Source: Candidatus Saccharimonadota bacterium
Lineage (GTDB): Bacteria > Patescibacteriota > Saccharimonadia > QS-5-54-17
Length of the DNA: 64,000 nucleotides
Assembly: GCA_050486185.1 (NCBI GenBank)
Contig: JBJHCT010000001.1
Span: forward strand, 82,216-146,215
Direction of reading: 5' to 3'
Shown here: positions 47,453 to 56,685 of the stretch, in pieces
How the letters are laid out: the number at the start of each line of letters is the position of its first letter
Numbering within the stretch: position 1 is the first letter of the stretch
Notes under the pieces: generated by a model
What the model was told of the DNA's origin: nothing
Seen by the model: the letters and a program-made list of their open reading frames with translations, nothing else
Databases searched by the model: none
Translations under genes and position numbers: made by a program

Positions 47453-48040
47453 TTAGGTAGCTTCCTCTCCCCAGGTACTGATAGTAAAAGAAGTAACGTT
47501 ATCTGTCTTCTCAATCTCAATTAATACTCCTACCCGTAATTTTGCCCTAGAGTTGTATGCAGATATATCTATAACATCGTCTAGTTCAATTACCTCCAGC
47601 ACCTCCCAATCATTAGTCTCTAAAGCCTGTCTGTAGAACTCATCTACTTCCGAAGAGCTGCTTGCAGTAGTAAATGCCGCGTCCCAATATGGGCTAGGAA
47701 GGTCAACCGACTCGTTGTAATCTATCCTTGCAGTATCGATAGCTGTAGATGGCTCAAATATCGGTATCTGGCTAGGAAAATCATCTGCTAAACCTTGAGT
47801 CATTCGCTCCGTAGTACCATCATCAAACTCTATGATCTCTTCCTCAGCTTCAGCATTGTCACTGGTTTGATCTCCTATGCTAAGCCATGAAGTCTCGCTA
47901 TCACTTAGATATTGCCACCCAAAGAATCCCAGAGTAATTAGTAGCAGGATCACGACTGTAGATATTACGATCTTTTTAGTTTTCCCCGTCTTATTCTTAG
48001 GGCTAATCTGTCCAGTTGGAGGCATGTTTTCACTTTCCAT
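47453..48040 (-). CDS. Hypothetical membrane-anchored protein
   Basis: N-terminal transmembrane helix and an acidic extracytoplasmic domain. Confidence 0.4.
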   Translation of the reverse strand: MESENMPPTGQISPKNKTGKTKKIVISTVVILLLITLGFFGWQYLSDSETSWLSIGDQTSDNAEAEEEIIEFDDGTTERMTQGLADDFPSQIPIFEPSTAIDTARIDYNESVDLPSPYWDAAFTTASSSSEVDEFYRQALETNDWEVLEVIELDDVIDISAYNSRAKLRVGVLIEIEKTDNVTSFTISTWGEEAT

Positions 48041-48111
48041 AGCTAAATCCTTTTATGCTTAAATTCCTAGTGATAAGTATAACATCCACTTAGCTCCCAG
48101 ACCATATCGTC

Positions 48112-48762
48112 CTAGTTAAACTCCAGTATCTCTAGTACATCTTCGATATTAGTAACCAATCCGGCCCCTTGGCGGATGAGCTCATTAGTGCCTTGAGATA
48201 GTTCACTATTACTATTTCCCGGCACAGCCATGACTTGGCGGTTTTGCTCCAGCGCAAACTTAGCAGTAATAAGCGATCCACTACTTTCGGCTGCCTCTAT
48301 AACGATTACACCTATAGATAGACCTGAAATGATACGGTTTCTAATAGCAAAGTACTGTCTCTTGGGCTCGGTGCCACTCGGATATTCACTGACTAAAGCT
48401 CCTGACTGCTTTACTATGTCTTCTCCTAAGCCTTTCCTGCCTCTAGGGTAGATATCGTGTAAGCCTCCGGCCATAACGGCTACTGTATAGCCACCTTGAT
48501 CTAAAGCTGTTTTGTGAGCTATAGAGTCTATGCCGTAAGCTAAGCCACTGACTATGCCAAAGCCAGCCTTTATCAAATCACTACAAAGACTCTTAGTTAT
48601 AGCTTCGCCGTAGCTGCTGTTGTTGCGACTACCTACAACTGCCAGCATCGGTATATCGTTATTTAAATTACCTCTTAGGTATAGTTGTTTGGGCGGATAA
48701 GCTATCTCTCTAAGCTGCGGAGGGTATTGCTTATCAGGTAGTCCTACCTCTTTAATATCCAT
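48112..48762 (-). CDS. dprA: DNA-processing protein DprA/Smf (Rossmann-fold core only)
   Basis: LAVVGSRNNSSYGEAITKSLCSDLIKAGFGIVSGLAYGIDSIAHKTAL...AVMAGGL. Confidence 0.8.
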   Translation of the reverse strand: MDIKEVGLPDKQYPPQLREIAYPPKQLYLRGNLNNDIPMLAVVGSRNNSSYGEAITKSLCSDLIKAGFGIVSGLAYGIDSIAHKTALDQGGYTVAVMAGGLHDIYPRGRKGLGEDIVKQSGALVSEYPSGTEPKRQYFAIRNRIISGLSIGVIVIEAAESSGSLITAKFALEQNRQVMAVPGNSNSELSQGTNELIRQGAGLVTNIEDVLEILEFN

Positions 48763-48839
48763 ATGGTGCTATATGATAAAGCATAAAGCCGACATTAGTA
48801 AAATCACGCCAAATCTATAGTTAATTTTATGAAATAGTG

Positions 48840-48868
48840 TTGACATATATACCAACTTATGTTAATAA
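48840..48868 (+). promoter_or_regulatory. Near-consensus sigma-70 promoter (TTGACA-17-TAATAA) pointing into a plus-strand region with no CDS
   Basis: TTGACA at 48840-48845, a 17-nt spacer, TAATAA(T) at 48863-48869, and an AT-rich UP-like region upstream. Confidence 0.5.
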
Positions 48869-48875
48869 TATATCT

Positions 48876-49156
48876 ACAACAACGATTCTATTGGTCAACT
48901 CCCAATCGGTTTCGTTTGTTTGCACTGGCACTGCCCAAAGTCAGTCTAAGACATACTTTTTAGGAACAAAAAATGTTTGCCCTCCAATTACATTCGTTCC
49001 TACTTGTCCTAGCTTTTGGGCATTGTCGTTTCTCTTCGATATATTTTACTTATAGCGGGTGTCGCTGCTATAATTCTAGTATCATCGAAGGGATACGTGA
49101 GGTCGCTAGATACTTATACCCCCACCCTAAGTATCTGTGGCCTCACTTATCTTTTT
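48876..49156 (+). ncRNA. Candidate ~280-nt non-coding RNA of unknown class, bracketed by the promoter at 48840 and the terminator at 49097
   Basis: Promoter and intrinsic terminator are both plus-oriented in a 430-bp spacer between two minus-strand genes. No convincing ORF. No RNase P, tmRNA or SRP signature recognised by eye. Confidence 0.35.
49097..49156 (+). terminator. Rho-independent terminator (about 16-bp interrupted stem + TTATCTTTTT)
   Basis: GTGAGGtcgcTAGATACTTA-loop-TAAGTATCTgtggCCTCAC followed by a T-run. The T-run is only on the plus side. Confidence 0.6.
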
Positions 49157-49210
49157 AGAGGCTTTTTTATCACCACAGCGCAAGCTATAGCTATCGTATA
49201 TCTCAAGAAC

Positions 49211-49765
49211 TTAGTTTATTTTATAGGTTTCTTCCGGTAGTTCATCAAACTTTATAAAAGCAGCTATCAATTCGTCTGTTTTAGCTAGTATCTTATCTAT
49301 TTGCTTAGCTTCTTTGCGTGAGAAGTTACTCAAAACAAACTTAGATGCCGATTTCTTATCGGTTTTTTCATTTCTAATACCGATACGTATACGTTTGAAC
49401 TGGTCGGTGTTTAGATGAGCAATGATTGATTTGATGCCGTTATGGCCACCGCTACCACCTTCTCCTCTAACTCTAATAGTTTCAAAGGGTAGATCTATTT
49501 CGTCATAGACTATTAATACATCCTCAGACTCGATCTTGTAGTAGTCTGTTATAGCTCGCACAGCCTGTCCACTGCTATTCATCATGGTAGTGGGCTTAGC
49601 TATTAAAATACCACCAACCTTACAGATTTCTGCCTGCATTTTAGTATCAGTTTTGAAATCGACGTCTTGGCTTTTGGCAAAACTATCTAGCGCCATAAAG
49701 CCGATGTTATGCCGGTTTTTTTGGTAGTTTTTGCCGATATTACCTAAACCTATGACTAACTTCAT
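49211..49765 (-). CDS. pth: Peptidyl-tRNA hydrolase
   Basis: MKLVIGLGNIGKNYQKNRHNIGFMALD. Confidence 0.9.
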   Translation of the reverse strand: MKLVIGLGNIGKNYQKNRHNIGFMALDSFAKSQDVDFKTDTKMQAEICKVGGILIAKPTTMMNSSGQAVRAITDYYKIESEDVLIVYDEIDLPFETIRVRGEGGSGGHNGIKSIIAHLNTDQFKRIRIGIRNEKTDKKSASKFVLSNFSRKEAKQIDKILAKTDELIAAFIKFDELPEETYKIN

Positions 49766-51087
49766 TGCGATTTATCCTTTGGCAGGTTTTCTCGCCACTT
49801 AAATCTCAGTGGGGTTCCAGCAAAATCATACTCTTCTCTAAGTCTAGATTCTAGGTAGCGCTTATACGACCAGTGTAGATACGGAGTGTCTTTGCCGAAG
49901 ACTGTAAAGGTCGGAGGATTGACTTCAGTTTGAGTGATGTAGCGTAGTTTCGGATGCTTGTTTTTAAGCCCTGCCGGCGGATGAGCGCCGGTGGCTTCTT
50001 CTAGTGCTTTATTAAGCTGTCTGGTGGTGAGTTTCTTTTGTCTATTTTGTTGCACTTCACCAGCTATATCTAACATCTTAAAGACGTTGTGTTTAGTGGT
50101 AGCTGACGTCATCAGTAGTGGTGCCCACCAGATAAATTGAAACTGGTGCCTTATAGCGGCGGCGATACGTCTAGTCGCCTCCTCATCTCGACTAGTTAAG
50201 TCCCATTTATTTGCAGCGATCAAGATGCCTTTACCGGATTCACGGATCATACCGGCAATACGCTGGTCTCCTGCTACAGCCGGTTCCTCAGCATCAATAA
50301 CTAATATGCAAACGTCACTATCGTTAATAGCGCGCAGGGTTCTAAGAGCACTAAACCTTTCTATATCATCAGAGCGTTTAGCGGTCCTTCTCAGCCCAGC
50401 TGTATCATACAAGCGCCACTGCTTGTCTTTATGAGTGATGATGACATCGCTAGCGTCTCTAGTGGTGCCGGCTTGATCGCTCACTATAGCTCGCTCCTCA
50501 CCAGCTAGGACGTTTAATAGACTGCTTTTGCCGACGTTGGGCCTACCAAGTAGTGCTACAGTATCGATATGTTTCGTTTCTGACGTAGTTTGATCGGGTA
50601 TTAACTCTACCAATACATCTAGTAGGTCACCGCTACCGGTGCCGTGTATAGCCGATACCGGCACAATATGTTTCGCAGGCAGTTTATCTAGCTCTACTTG
50701 AGTATTTTTACGGTCCGACTTATTAGCAGCTACTACTAAGGGTTTAGATGATTTGTAGGCATCTTTGATGATGCGGCTATCTTCGTCACTTAATATAGTA
50801 CTGCTATCGATTACGATCATAATTACATCGGCTACATCTATAGCTGCTTTTAGCTGGGCTTGCATCGAGATTTCTAGTTCATTGTCTGCCCTCTCAAACC
50901 CAGCAGTATCTATGAGCCAAAAGCTTTTGCCGTTCCACCTAGTAACACCTTGGACCCTATCCCTAGTTGTTCCAGGCATGTCAGATACTACGGCCTTACG
51001 TTCACCTAGCAGTCGATTAAATAGGCTAGATTTGCCGACGTTGGTCCGTCCGATGATGGCGATTATGGGTAGATTATCTTGCTTCAT
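49762..51087 (-). CDS. der: Ribosome-biogenesis GTPase Der (EngA), tandem GTP-binding domains + KH-like domain
   Basis: Two G-domains: GRTNVGKSSL...DTAG and GRPNVGKSSL...DTAG. Confidence 0.9.
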   Translation of the reverse strand: MKQDNLPIIAIIGRTNVGKSSLFNRLLGERKAVVSDMPGTTRDRVQGVTRWNGKSFWLIDTAGFERADNELEISMQAQLKAAIDVADVIMIVIDSSTILSDEDSRIIKDAYKSSKPLVVAANKSDRKNTQVELDKLPAKHIVPVSAIHGTGSGDLLDVLVELIPDQTTSETKHIDTVALLGRPNVGKSSLLNVLAGEERAIVSDQAGTTRDASDVIITHKDKQWRLYDTAGLRRTAKRSDDIERFSALRTLRAINDSDVCILVIDAEEPAVAGDQRIAGMIRESGKGILIAANKWDLTSRDEEATRRIAAAIRHQFQFIWWAPLLMTSATTKHNVFKMLDIAGEVQQNRQKKLTTRQLNKALEEATGAHPPAGLKNKHPKLRYITQTEVNPPTFTVFGKDTPYLHWSYKRYLESRLREEYDFAGTPLRFKWRENLPKDKSQ

Positions 51088-51118
51088 TACTAATACATAG
51101 TAGCATTATCTATCTAAA

Positions 51119-51769
51119 CTATGCCTTTTTGTATTTAGCTTCTTGCATATCACCTAAAACATATTCACCAAACTGTGTTCTCAGTAGATCTACTATCTCA
51201 TAATCCAAAGCTTCAAAAGTTTTACGTATCTGGCGGTTTCGCCCCTCACTCATAACCACCTGCCATATATTACCCCGAAGGTGTCTAAGTTTTAGTTTAC
51301 TCGTATATCCTTCTAGCTCGATACCGTCTTCTATTCTTTTTTGGTCCTCGCTACTCAAAGGTCTATTTAGAGTAACTTCATAGACTTTATCTTTACTGTA
51401 CTTAGGATGAGTTAGTTTCTGTGCTAGCTCCCCATCATTTGTTAATAGGATTAGTCCCCTAGAGTCTTTATCTAATCTACCAACAGTTTTGAGATGCTTT
51501 AGATCTTGGGGCAATAGCTCGTAGATTGTGGGAGTATCATCTTGCCTGACTTTGCTACAGATTACACCTTTTGGCTTATGGAAGGCGATGGTGGTGGTTG
51601 GGTTGGGTCTTAATAACTCACCATCCAGCATGATTATGTCATCATCTCCTACTCTTTGACCCGCAGTTGGCGGATGGTTATTTACTAGCACTCTACCGGC
51701 AGCTATTAACTCATCGGCTTTGCGTCTAGATAATCCGGTGCTTTGGGCTATATACTTATTGATTCTCAA
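51119..51769 (-). CDS. rRNA pseudouridine synthase (RsuA/RluB family) with S4 domain
   Basis: MRINKYIAQSTGLSRRKADELIAAGRV S4 domain. Catalytic GRLDKDSRGLILLTND. Confidence 0.8.
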   Translation of the reverse strand: MRINKYIAQSTGLSRRKADELIAAGRVLVNNHPPTAGQRVGDDDIIMLDGELLRPNPTTTIAFHKPKGVICSKVRQDDTPTIYELLPQDLKHLKTVGRLDKDSRGLILLTNDGELAQKLTHPKYSKDKVYEVTLNRPLSSEDQKRIEDGIELEGYTSKLKLRHLRGNIWQVVMSEGRNRQIRKTFEALDYEIVDLLRTQFGEYVLGDMQEAKYKKA

Positions 51770-51778
51770 GGAGTAAAA

Positions 51779-52636
51779 CTATTTTTTCTTAGAAGCTTTT
51801 TTAGCCTTCTTGGCTTTCTTTGCCTTCTTTTTATCTGATTCATCGTCTTTAGCCTGAGTTTCTGCATCTTGGCTATCATCCCCATCATCGGAGTTTTGGC
51901 TTTGGACTAATTGCTCAATTTCAGCAATTTCTTCAGGAGTAGCTGTCAGCCTGGTCGGCATCGATCCTGAATTATCATCCCCTACATTATCATCGCTCTG
52001 TTCAGTGGGCGCATTTAAATCAGGATTTACTTGATTGATTTGGTTAGTTACAGCTTCCTCTATACCGTTTTGAGATTGAATATCTTGACCAGGAGTTTGA
52101 TCTGGAATTTGAGTAGCGTTATTTTGCGCAGGACCATCGCCATAGCCACCACTAGCATATGAATTAGGAGTATTAGTGTCTGTTGGATTATTCGAATCAG
52201 TGCCATCATTTGTTGCTTCAGCTGCTTGGGTAGCACCTGAAGCTGCTGGAGTATCATCGTTACCTGATACCTCAGCAACCATAGCTTTGACAGTACTAAC
52301 AACATCTTCTAGAGTGATCTGTGACTTAACTAAATATTTATCAGCTCCTAATTTCTCGCCTCTATCTTTATCGGTCTCTTGTGATAGCGCCGATAGCATA
52401 ATAACTTTAGCGTCTTTGGTTTCGGGGGTAGAACGCAAGATATCCAGTACATCAAAACCGCTGATTTTAGGCATCATCACATCTAAGACTATGACGCTGG
52501 GTTTTTCTGCCACCGCCTTAGTTAAAGCCTCTTCCCCATCTGAAGCAGTAACAATATCATAGTTCTCAGCACCTAGCCTAGCTGCATAGATTTCTCGTAA
52601 GTTTATATCGTCTTCTACTAGTAAAACTTTTGTCAT
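51779..52636 (-). CDS. Response-regulator receiver domain fused to an approximately 160-aa low-complexity acidic region with a poly-Lys tail
   Basis: The REC domain is paralogous to 6877..7272 (KISGFDVLDIL..TPET....K..ML.ALSQ..DK.R.E.LGAD.YLVKSQ). The C-terminus ends KKAKKAKKAKKASKKK. Confidence 0.75.
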   Translation of the reverse strand: MTKVLLVEDDINLREIYAARLGAENYDIVTASDGEEALTKAVAEKPSVIVLDVMMPKISGFDVLDILRSTPETKDAKVIMLSALSQETDKDRGEKLGADKYLVKSQITLEDVVSTVKAMVAEVSGNDDTPAASGATQAAEATNDGTDSNNPTDTNTPNSYASGGYGDGPAQNNATQIPDQTPGQDIQSQNGIEEAVTNQINQVNPDLNAPTEQSDDNVGDDNSGSMPTRLTATPEEIAEIEQLVQSQNSDDGDDSQDAETQAKDDESDKKKAKKAKKAKKASKKK

Positions 52637-52641
52637 TGCTT

Positions 52642-54411
52642 TTATTCTACTGTACTTGTGCTTGTTGGCGCAACTATATCACCAGGTTCAGCCGGTACAT
52701 CTTCACCCTTAGCCCGTCTCTCTAGCTGAGACTTTATCTTATTAGCCTGCTCTTGATTGAGCCTAGGCAGAGTAAAGAAGAAGTGACTACCCTGTCCTTC
52801 CCTGCTCTCTACCCAAATACGGCCTTGATAGAGCTCGATGATGGTTCTAGCTAAGTATAGTCCTAGGCCGGTACCACCAATCTCTCTAGTAGCGGTACTA
52901 TCGACTCGGTAGAACTTTTGAAATAGGTGTTTGACTTCATCTTCAGGTATGCCGATGCCTTGATCGTGGACACCAACGGTAACGTATTTATCATCTCCGG
53001 TAATCGAGACGCTAACTTCACCTTTAGGTGTGAACTTTATACCGTTATCTACTAGGTTGGTTAGTACTTCTCTAATTCTCTCAGGATCGGCATTAACGAA
53101 GAATAACGGTAGGACCTGGTTATGGGCTACTGCCGTCTTGTCGTTTGAGGCTTTTAGTTTGAGGCTTAGGTTTTTCTCCTCGGCCTTAAAGCTTAGTTCA
53201 TCGATGACGTTGTTGACTAGCTTGCTCATCTCAAACGGTTCTGGATGGTTGGCCAATCTACCATCTTCGACTTTGGTGATTGATAGGAGGTCTTGGAAGA
53301 GTTTGCCTAGATGTCTGGTTGATTCATAGGCTTTAGTGATATAGTTGCGGGCATTTTCATCAACCTTTGATACCTGCTCATTCATGGCTAGAGATAAAAA
53401 GCCTTCAATTGCGGCCACGGGTGTACGCATCTCATGTGATGCAGTAGAGATAAACTCATCTCGCTGTCTAGCAGTTCTTTTTTCATCGCTAATATCACGA
53501 AACACACCGATAGCACCGGCTATTTGGTTGTCTTTAGAAAATATCGGCGAGGCCACAATCGATAGGTGGATTTTGCGTTTAGCTCGATTCAAAATTATAA
53601 AATCATTGCTCCTAATGCTTGATTTAGTCTTCATAGCTCGCTTGAAAGGGTCATGACCCTCATCAATCTTATTACCCTCTTCATCCTCTAAAGTGATGAC
53701 GTTTTGATAGTGGATGCCGATAGCTTCTTCTTGGGGCCAACCTGAGATAATGCAGGCCGGTCCATTAAATAGCTGGATGACTCCTTCATAATCAATTACT
53801 ACTACCCCATCACCGATACTACGCAGCAAGATATCTGATTTAGTCTGCTCTACCTGGAGTTTTTGCGATAGTTTAGTGACCTGAGTATCACCACTTGTCT
53901 CTTGGGGGTGGTTGCGCCATAGCCATAGACCTAAATATCCAGCTACTCCACTAGCGACAAGAAATACAATGTTATCGAGTAGATACCTCCAAGAATCATC
54001 ACTCAAAAGAGCACTGATAAATAGCATAATGGCGGTGATTGATATATAGATACTCAAGGCAGTTAATCCTAAGACAGCAGATGAGAGGATGATCATCAGC
54101 CAAAAGGCAAAGTAGGCCGAAGCAAAGCCACCAGTAGCAAGTGTTAAGATAGCGATATTGAGGCTAAATAGCCCCATATCTATGGCTGTAGCTATCACCT
54201 GAGACTTTTCATTAACCCATAGTCTAATTAAGGCAAAGTAGATCATATGCACTACAGCTATCCCTAGGTTTAGCGGTGAAGTACCCAGGAGCTCTCCAGG
54301 ACCTAAGAACTGACCCAGCAGTAGAGTTAGGTATAATACGATAATAGCTGCACTACCTATTAGGTAGGTGATTTGCAACCTGCTATATATTTGCTCAGGG
54401 ATATTTTGCAT
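52642..54411 (-). CDS. Membrane sensor histidine kinase (multi-transmembrane N-terminus, PAS, HisKA, HATPase_c)
   Basis: H-box STASHEMRTPVAAI. N/G boxes LTNLVDNGIKFT...GGTGLGLYLAR. Confidence 0.85.
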   Translation of the reverse strand: MQNIPEQIYSRLQITYLIGSAAIIVLYLTLLLGQFLGPGELLGTSPLNLGIAVVHMIYFALIRLWVNEKSQVIATAIDMGLFSLNIAILTLATGGFASAYFAFWLMIILSSAVLGLTALSIYISITAIMLFISALLSDDSWRYLLDNIVFLVASGVAGYLGLWLWRNHPQETSGDTQVTKLSQKLQVEQTKSDILLRSIGDGVVVIDYEGVIQLFNGPACIISGWPQEEAIGIHYQNVITLEDEEGNKIDEGHDPFKRAMKTKSSIRSNDFIILNRAKRKIHLSIVASPIFSKDNQIAGAIGVFRDISDEKRTARQRDEFISTASHEMRTPVAAIEGFLSLAMNEQVSKVDENARNYITKAYESTRHLGKLFQDLLSITKVEDGRLANHPEPFEMSKLVNNVIDELSFKAEEKNLSLKLKASNDKTAVAHNQVLPLFFVNADPERIREVLTNLVDNGIKFTPKGEVSVSITGDDKYVTVGVHDQGIGIPEDEVKHLFQKFYRVDSTATREIGGTGLGLYLARTIIELYQGRIWVESREGQGSHFFFTLPRLNQEQANKIKSQLERRAKGEDVPAEPGDIVAPTSTSTVE

Positions 54412-54537
54412 ACATCTTATGGTTATTTATGCTACTTAGTATATCCTATATATGGCTTAAGATATAGCGGTTAATCCTGATATGTTTTATACTGTTACAC
54501 TGCTAGGTTTGAAATCTTTCTCAAGTATTTCATATTT

Positions 54538-54613
54538 GGCCCCATCGTCTAGTGGCCTAGGACACCAGGTTCTCATCCTGGAAACCGGGGTTCGACTCCC
54601 CGTGGGGTCACCA
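54538..54613 (+). tRNA. tRNA-Glu (anticodon CUC)
   Basis: Hand-folded cloverleaf: acceptor GGCCCCA/TGGGGTC, anticodon stem CCAGG/CCTGG with loop TTCTCAT, T-arm CGGGG-TTCGACT-CCCCG, encoded CCA. Confidence 0.85.
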
Positions 54614-54719
54614 TAGTAACATTACATATTGAAAAAGTATCTAGTTTATACCTAACAAGCTATTTGTACTTGTTAAGTAAAAAGTGTTATACTTAACAAA
54701 ATATGAATGGATGTAAAGT

Positions 54720-55853
54720 ATGCAATTAGGAAATTTCGTCAAACAACCACAAGGCTACAAGGCCTACATTCCTGCTGATTTTCCACCCTCAGAATCACTA
54801 TTGATAACACCAGATATTATTCTAGCTAATGATGCTGCGACTCGTGCACTCAGTAAACTGGATGGAGTGGCTCAGCTAATTCCTGATATTAACTTTTTCA
54901 CCTTTATGTATGTCCGCAAAGAAGCGGCGTTGTCTAGCAATATTGAGGGTACTAAAGCTACTATGCACGACTCCCTAAAGGCGGACATAGAAATAACGGA
55001 AGGTGTACCAAAAGATGTTGAAAATATTACCCACTATATATCTGCACTGAATTATGGTCTTGATCGTCTGAAGGATTTACCCTTGTCAACAAGGTTGATA
55101 AAAGAGATTCACAACAAGCTGATGGCCGGAACCGCTGAAGGTATAGGTAAAACCCCTGGTCAGATTAGAACTTCACAGAACTGGATCAATGGTACTAAAC
55201 CTGAGAATTCAGATTTCGTACCACCTCCTCCAACAGAATTGAGCAGGTGCTTAAAGGATTTCGATACATTTCTCAATACTGAGCAACCCTATACGCCGTT
55301 AGTGCAGGCTGCATTAATGCATGCTCAATTCGAAACAATTCACCCTTTCCTTGACGGTAACGGCAGGACCGGTAGACTACTAATTACGCTACATCTTTGT
55401 AGTACGGGTGTTTTAGAGTATCCAATCTTATATATTTCTGAGTACTTTAAAAAATATAGAGATGTTTACTTCGACAGACTATCAGGTTATCACAACGAAA
55501 GTGACATCAATGGGTGGCTACTATTCTTTTTGGAAGGAATTGAAACTGTGGCCAAGGAAGCAACTATAGTATCTAAAGAAGTTGTCAAGCTGCGTGAGCG
55601 TGATGGAGTAAAAATCCAAAGTTTAGGCGGAAGACAGTCCGAGTCAGCCATGAAATTACTCATGGGGCTATACAGGCAGCCAATAGTTGACGTAGCAACA
55701 GTAGAAAAAATAACAGGTCTTTCTAGACCGGCTGCTAACGCCTTGGTTAAGAAATTTACAGATATTGGAGTACTAGCTCAAGCTGATGAAGACACAAAAT
55801 ACGGACGTGAATTTAGCTATGACGAATATCTAGCTCTCTTCGTAGAAAAATAG
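54720..55853 (+). CDS. Fic-family protein (AMPylase-type Fic/DOC fold) with C-terminal winged-helix domain
   Basis: HPFLDGNGRTGRLL, the canonical Fic motif HPFx(D/E)GNGR. Confidence 0.85.
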   Translation: MQLGNFVKQPQGYKAYIPADFPPSESLLITPDIILANDAATRALSKLDGVAQLIPDINFFTFMYVRKEAALSSNIEGTKATMHDSLKADIEITEGVPKDVENITHYISALNYGLDRLKDLPLSTRLIKEIHNKLMAGTAEGIGKTPGQIRTSQNWINGTKPENSDFVPPPPTELSRCLKDFDTFLNTEQPYTPLVQAALMHAQFETIHPFLDGNGRTGRLLITLHLCSTGVLEYPILYISEYFKKYRDVYFDRLSGYHNESDINGWLLFFLEGIETVAKEATIVSKEVVKLRERDGVKIQSLGGRQSESAMKLLMGLYRQPIVDVATVEKITGLSRPAANALVKKFTDIGVLAQADEDTKYGREFSYDEYLALFVEK

Positions 55854-56002
55854 AGGCAACAATCAGTCATGAGTTTGGTAGATATAGATCCTGAATATAT
55901 AAGGGACGCCCAGTGCTAACTAAGTACCGATTACGCGAGGGAGCCGAATACTGAACACCATAGTAAACCAACGTATACTAAAGATGAATTGGAAAGATTA
56001 AT

Positions 56003-56191
56003 ATGAATCATTTGTTAATTAAATTTACCAATACAGTCCGTGGCCAGCATAGCGCTAGAGAGAACTTCCTCAGCTACTCATCTGAGAAGCAGAAGAAGAT
56101 TCTAAAGCGTGCTATTGAAGGTGCTAACCAACGACAAATGGAGTTGGAGAAACAGTATCTGAAGACTGAATCTCAATCTAGAGCTAGATAG
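56003..56191 (+). CDS. Hypothetical small protein
   Basis: ORF only. Confidence 0.25.
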   Translation: MNHLLIKFTNTVRGQHSARENFLSYSSEKQKKILKRAIEGANQRQMELEKQYLKTESQSRAR

Positions 56192-56264
56192 GTTTTAGGA
56201 ACGGGGCTTAGGTGGTAAGGGTTTTTTGTAGGAACCTGCTTTAATACTACTGCCTAAAATATTC

Positions 56265-56654
56265 TTACGAATTTCCCAGTATCTGATCAATCAGACTAAC
56301 CAATTTTGAAGGTGTCACGTCAGCTTTAATTAAATAACCATCGGCTTGTGCTTCCATAGCGCGTCTAGAGTCATCATCTTGAGCTAGATTGGTCAGCACT
56401 ACTACCTTGGTATTGCTTAAATCAGCATGAGGATCGTTCCTTAGATTTTCTAAAACTTCGATACCCAACATCTCAGGCATCATGATATCGAGCAAGATGA
56501 GATTATATTGACCGGTCTTGGCTTTCTTTAAGCCCTCCTTACCATCAGTGGCAGCTTCTACGCTGTAGCCGTGCTTTTCGATGACGTGGCTGTACATATC
56601 GACCATAAATGGGTCGTCTTCTATGAAAAGTATTTTGTGAGTTTTATCTGCCAT
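56265..56654 (-). CDS. Stand-alone response-regulator receiver domain protein
   Basis: KILFIEDD...LILLDIMMPEMLGIEVL...VVVLTNL...DGYLIKAD. Confidence 0.8.
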   Translation of the reverse strand: MADKTHKILFIEDDPFMVDMYSHVIEKHGYSVEAATDGKEGLKKAKTGQYNLILLDIMMPEMLGIEVLENLRNDPHADLSNTKVVVLTNLAQDDDSRRAMEAQADGYLIKADVTPSKLVSLIDQILGNS

Positions 56655-56685
56655 ATGATTTCCTCCTAATGCTTTTAGCTTCTAG

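Noticed and set aside
48837-49240. Three overlapping small ORFs (72, 61 and 74 aa) in the dprA-pth spacer
   Set aside because: They are hydrophobic or low-complexity and mutually overlapping. One starts upstream of the only promoter and one runs through the terminator. The region is better explained as a non-coding transcript, though a small membrane peptide cannot be fully excluded.
54509-54537. TTGAAA-17-ATATTT promoter-like hexamers immediately upstream of tRNA-Glu
   Set aside because: The -10 element would sit only 1 nt before the mature tRNA 5' end, so the predicted start falls inside the tRNA. Either the tRNA is processed from a transcript initiated further upstream, or the match is a chance result of AT-richness.
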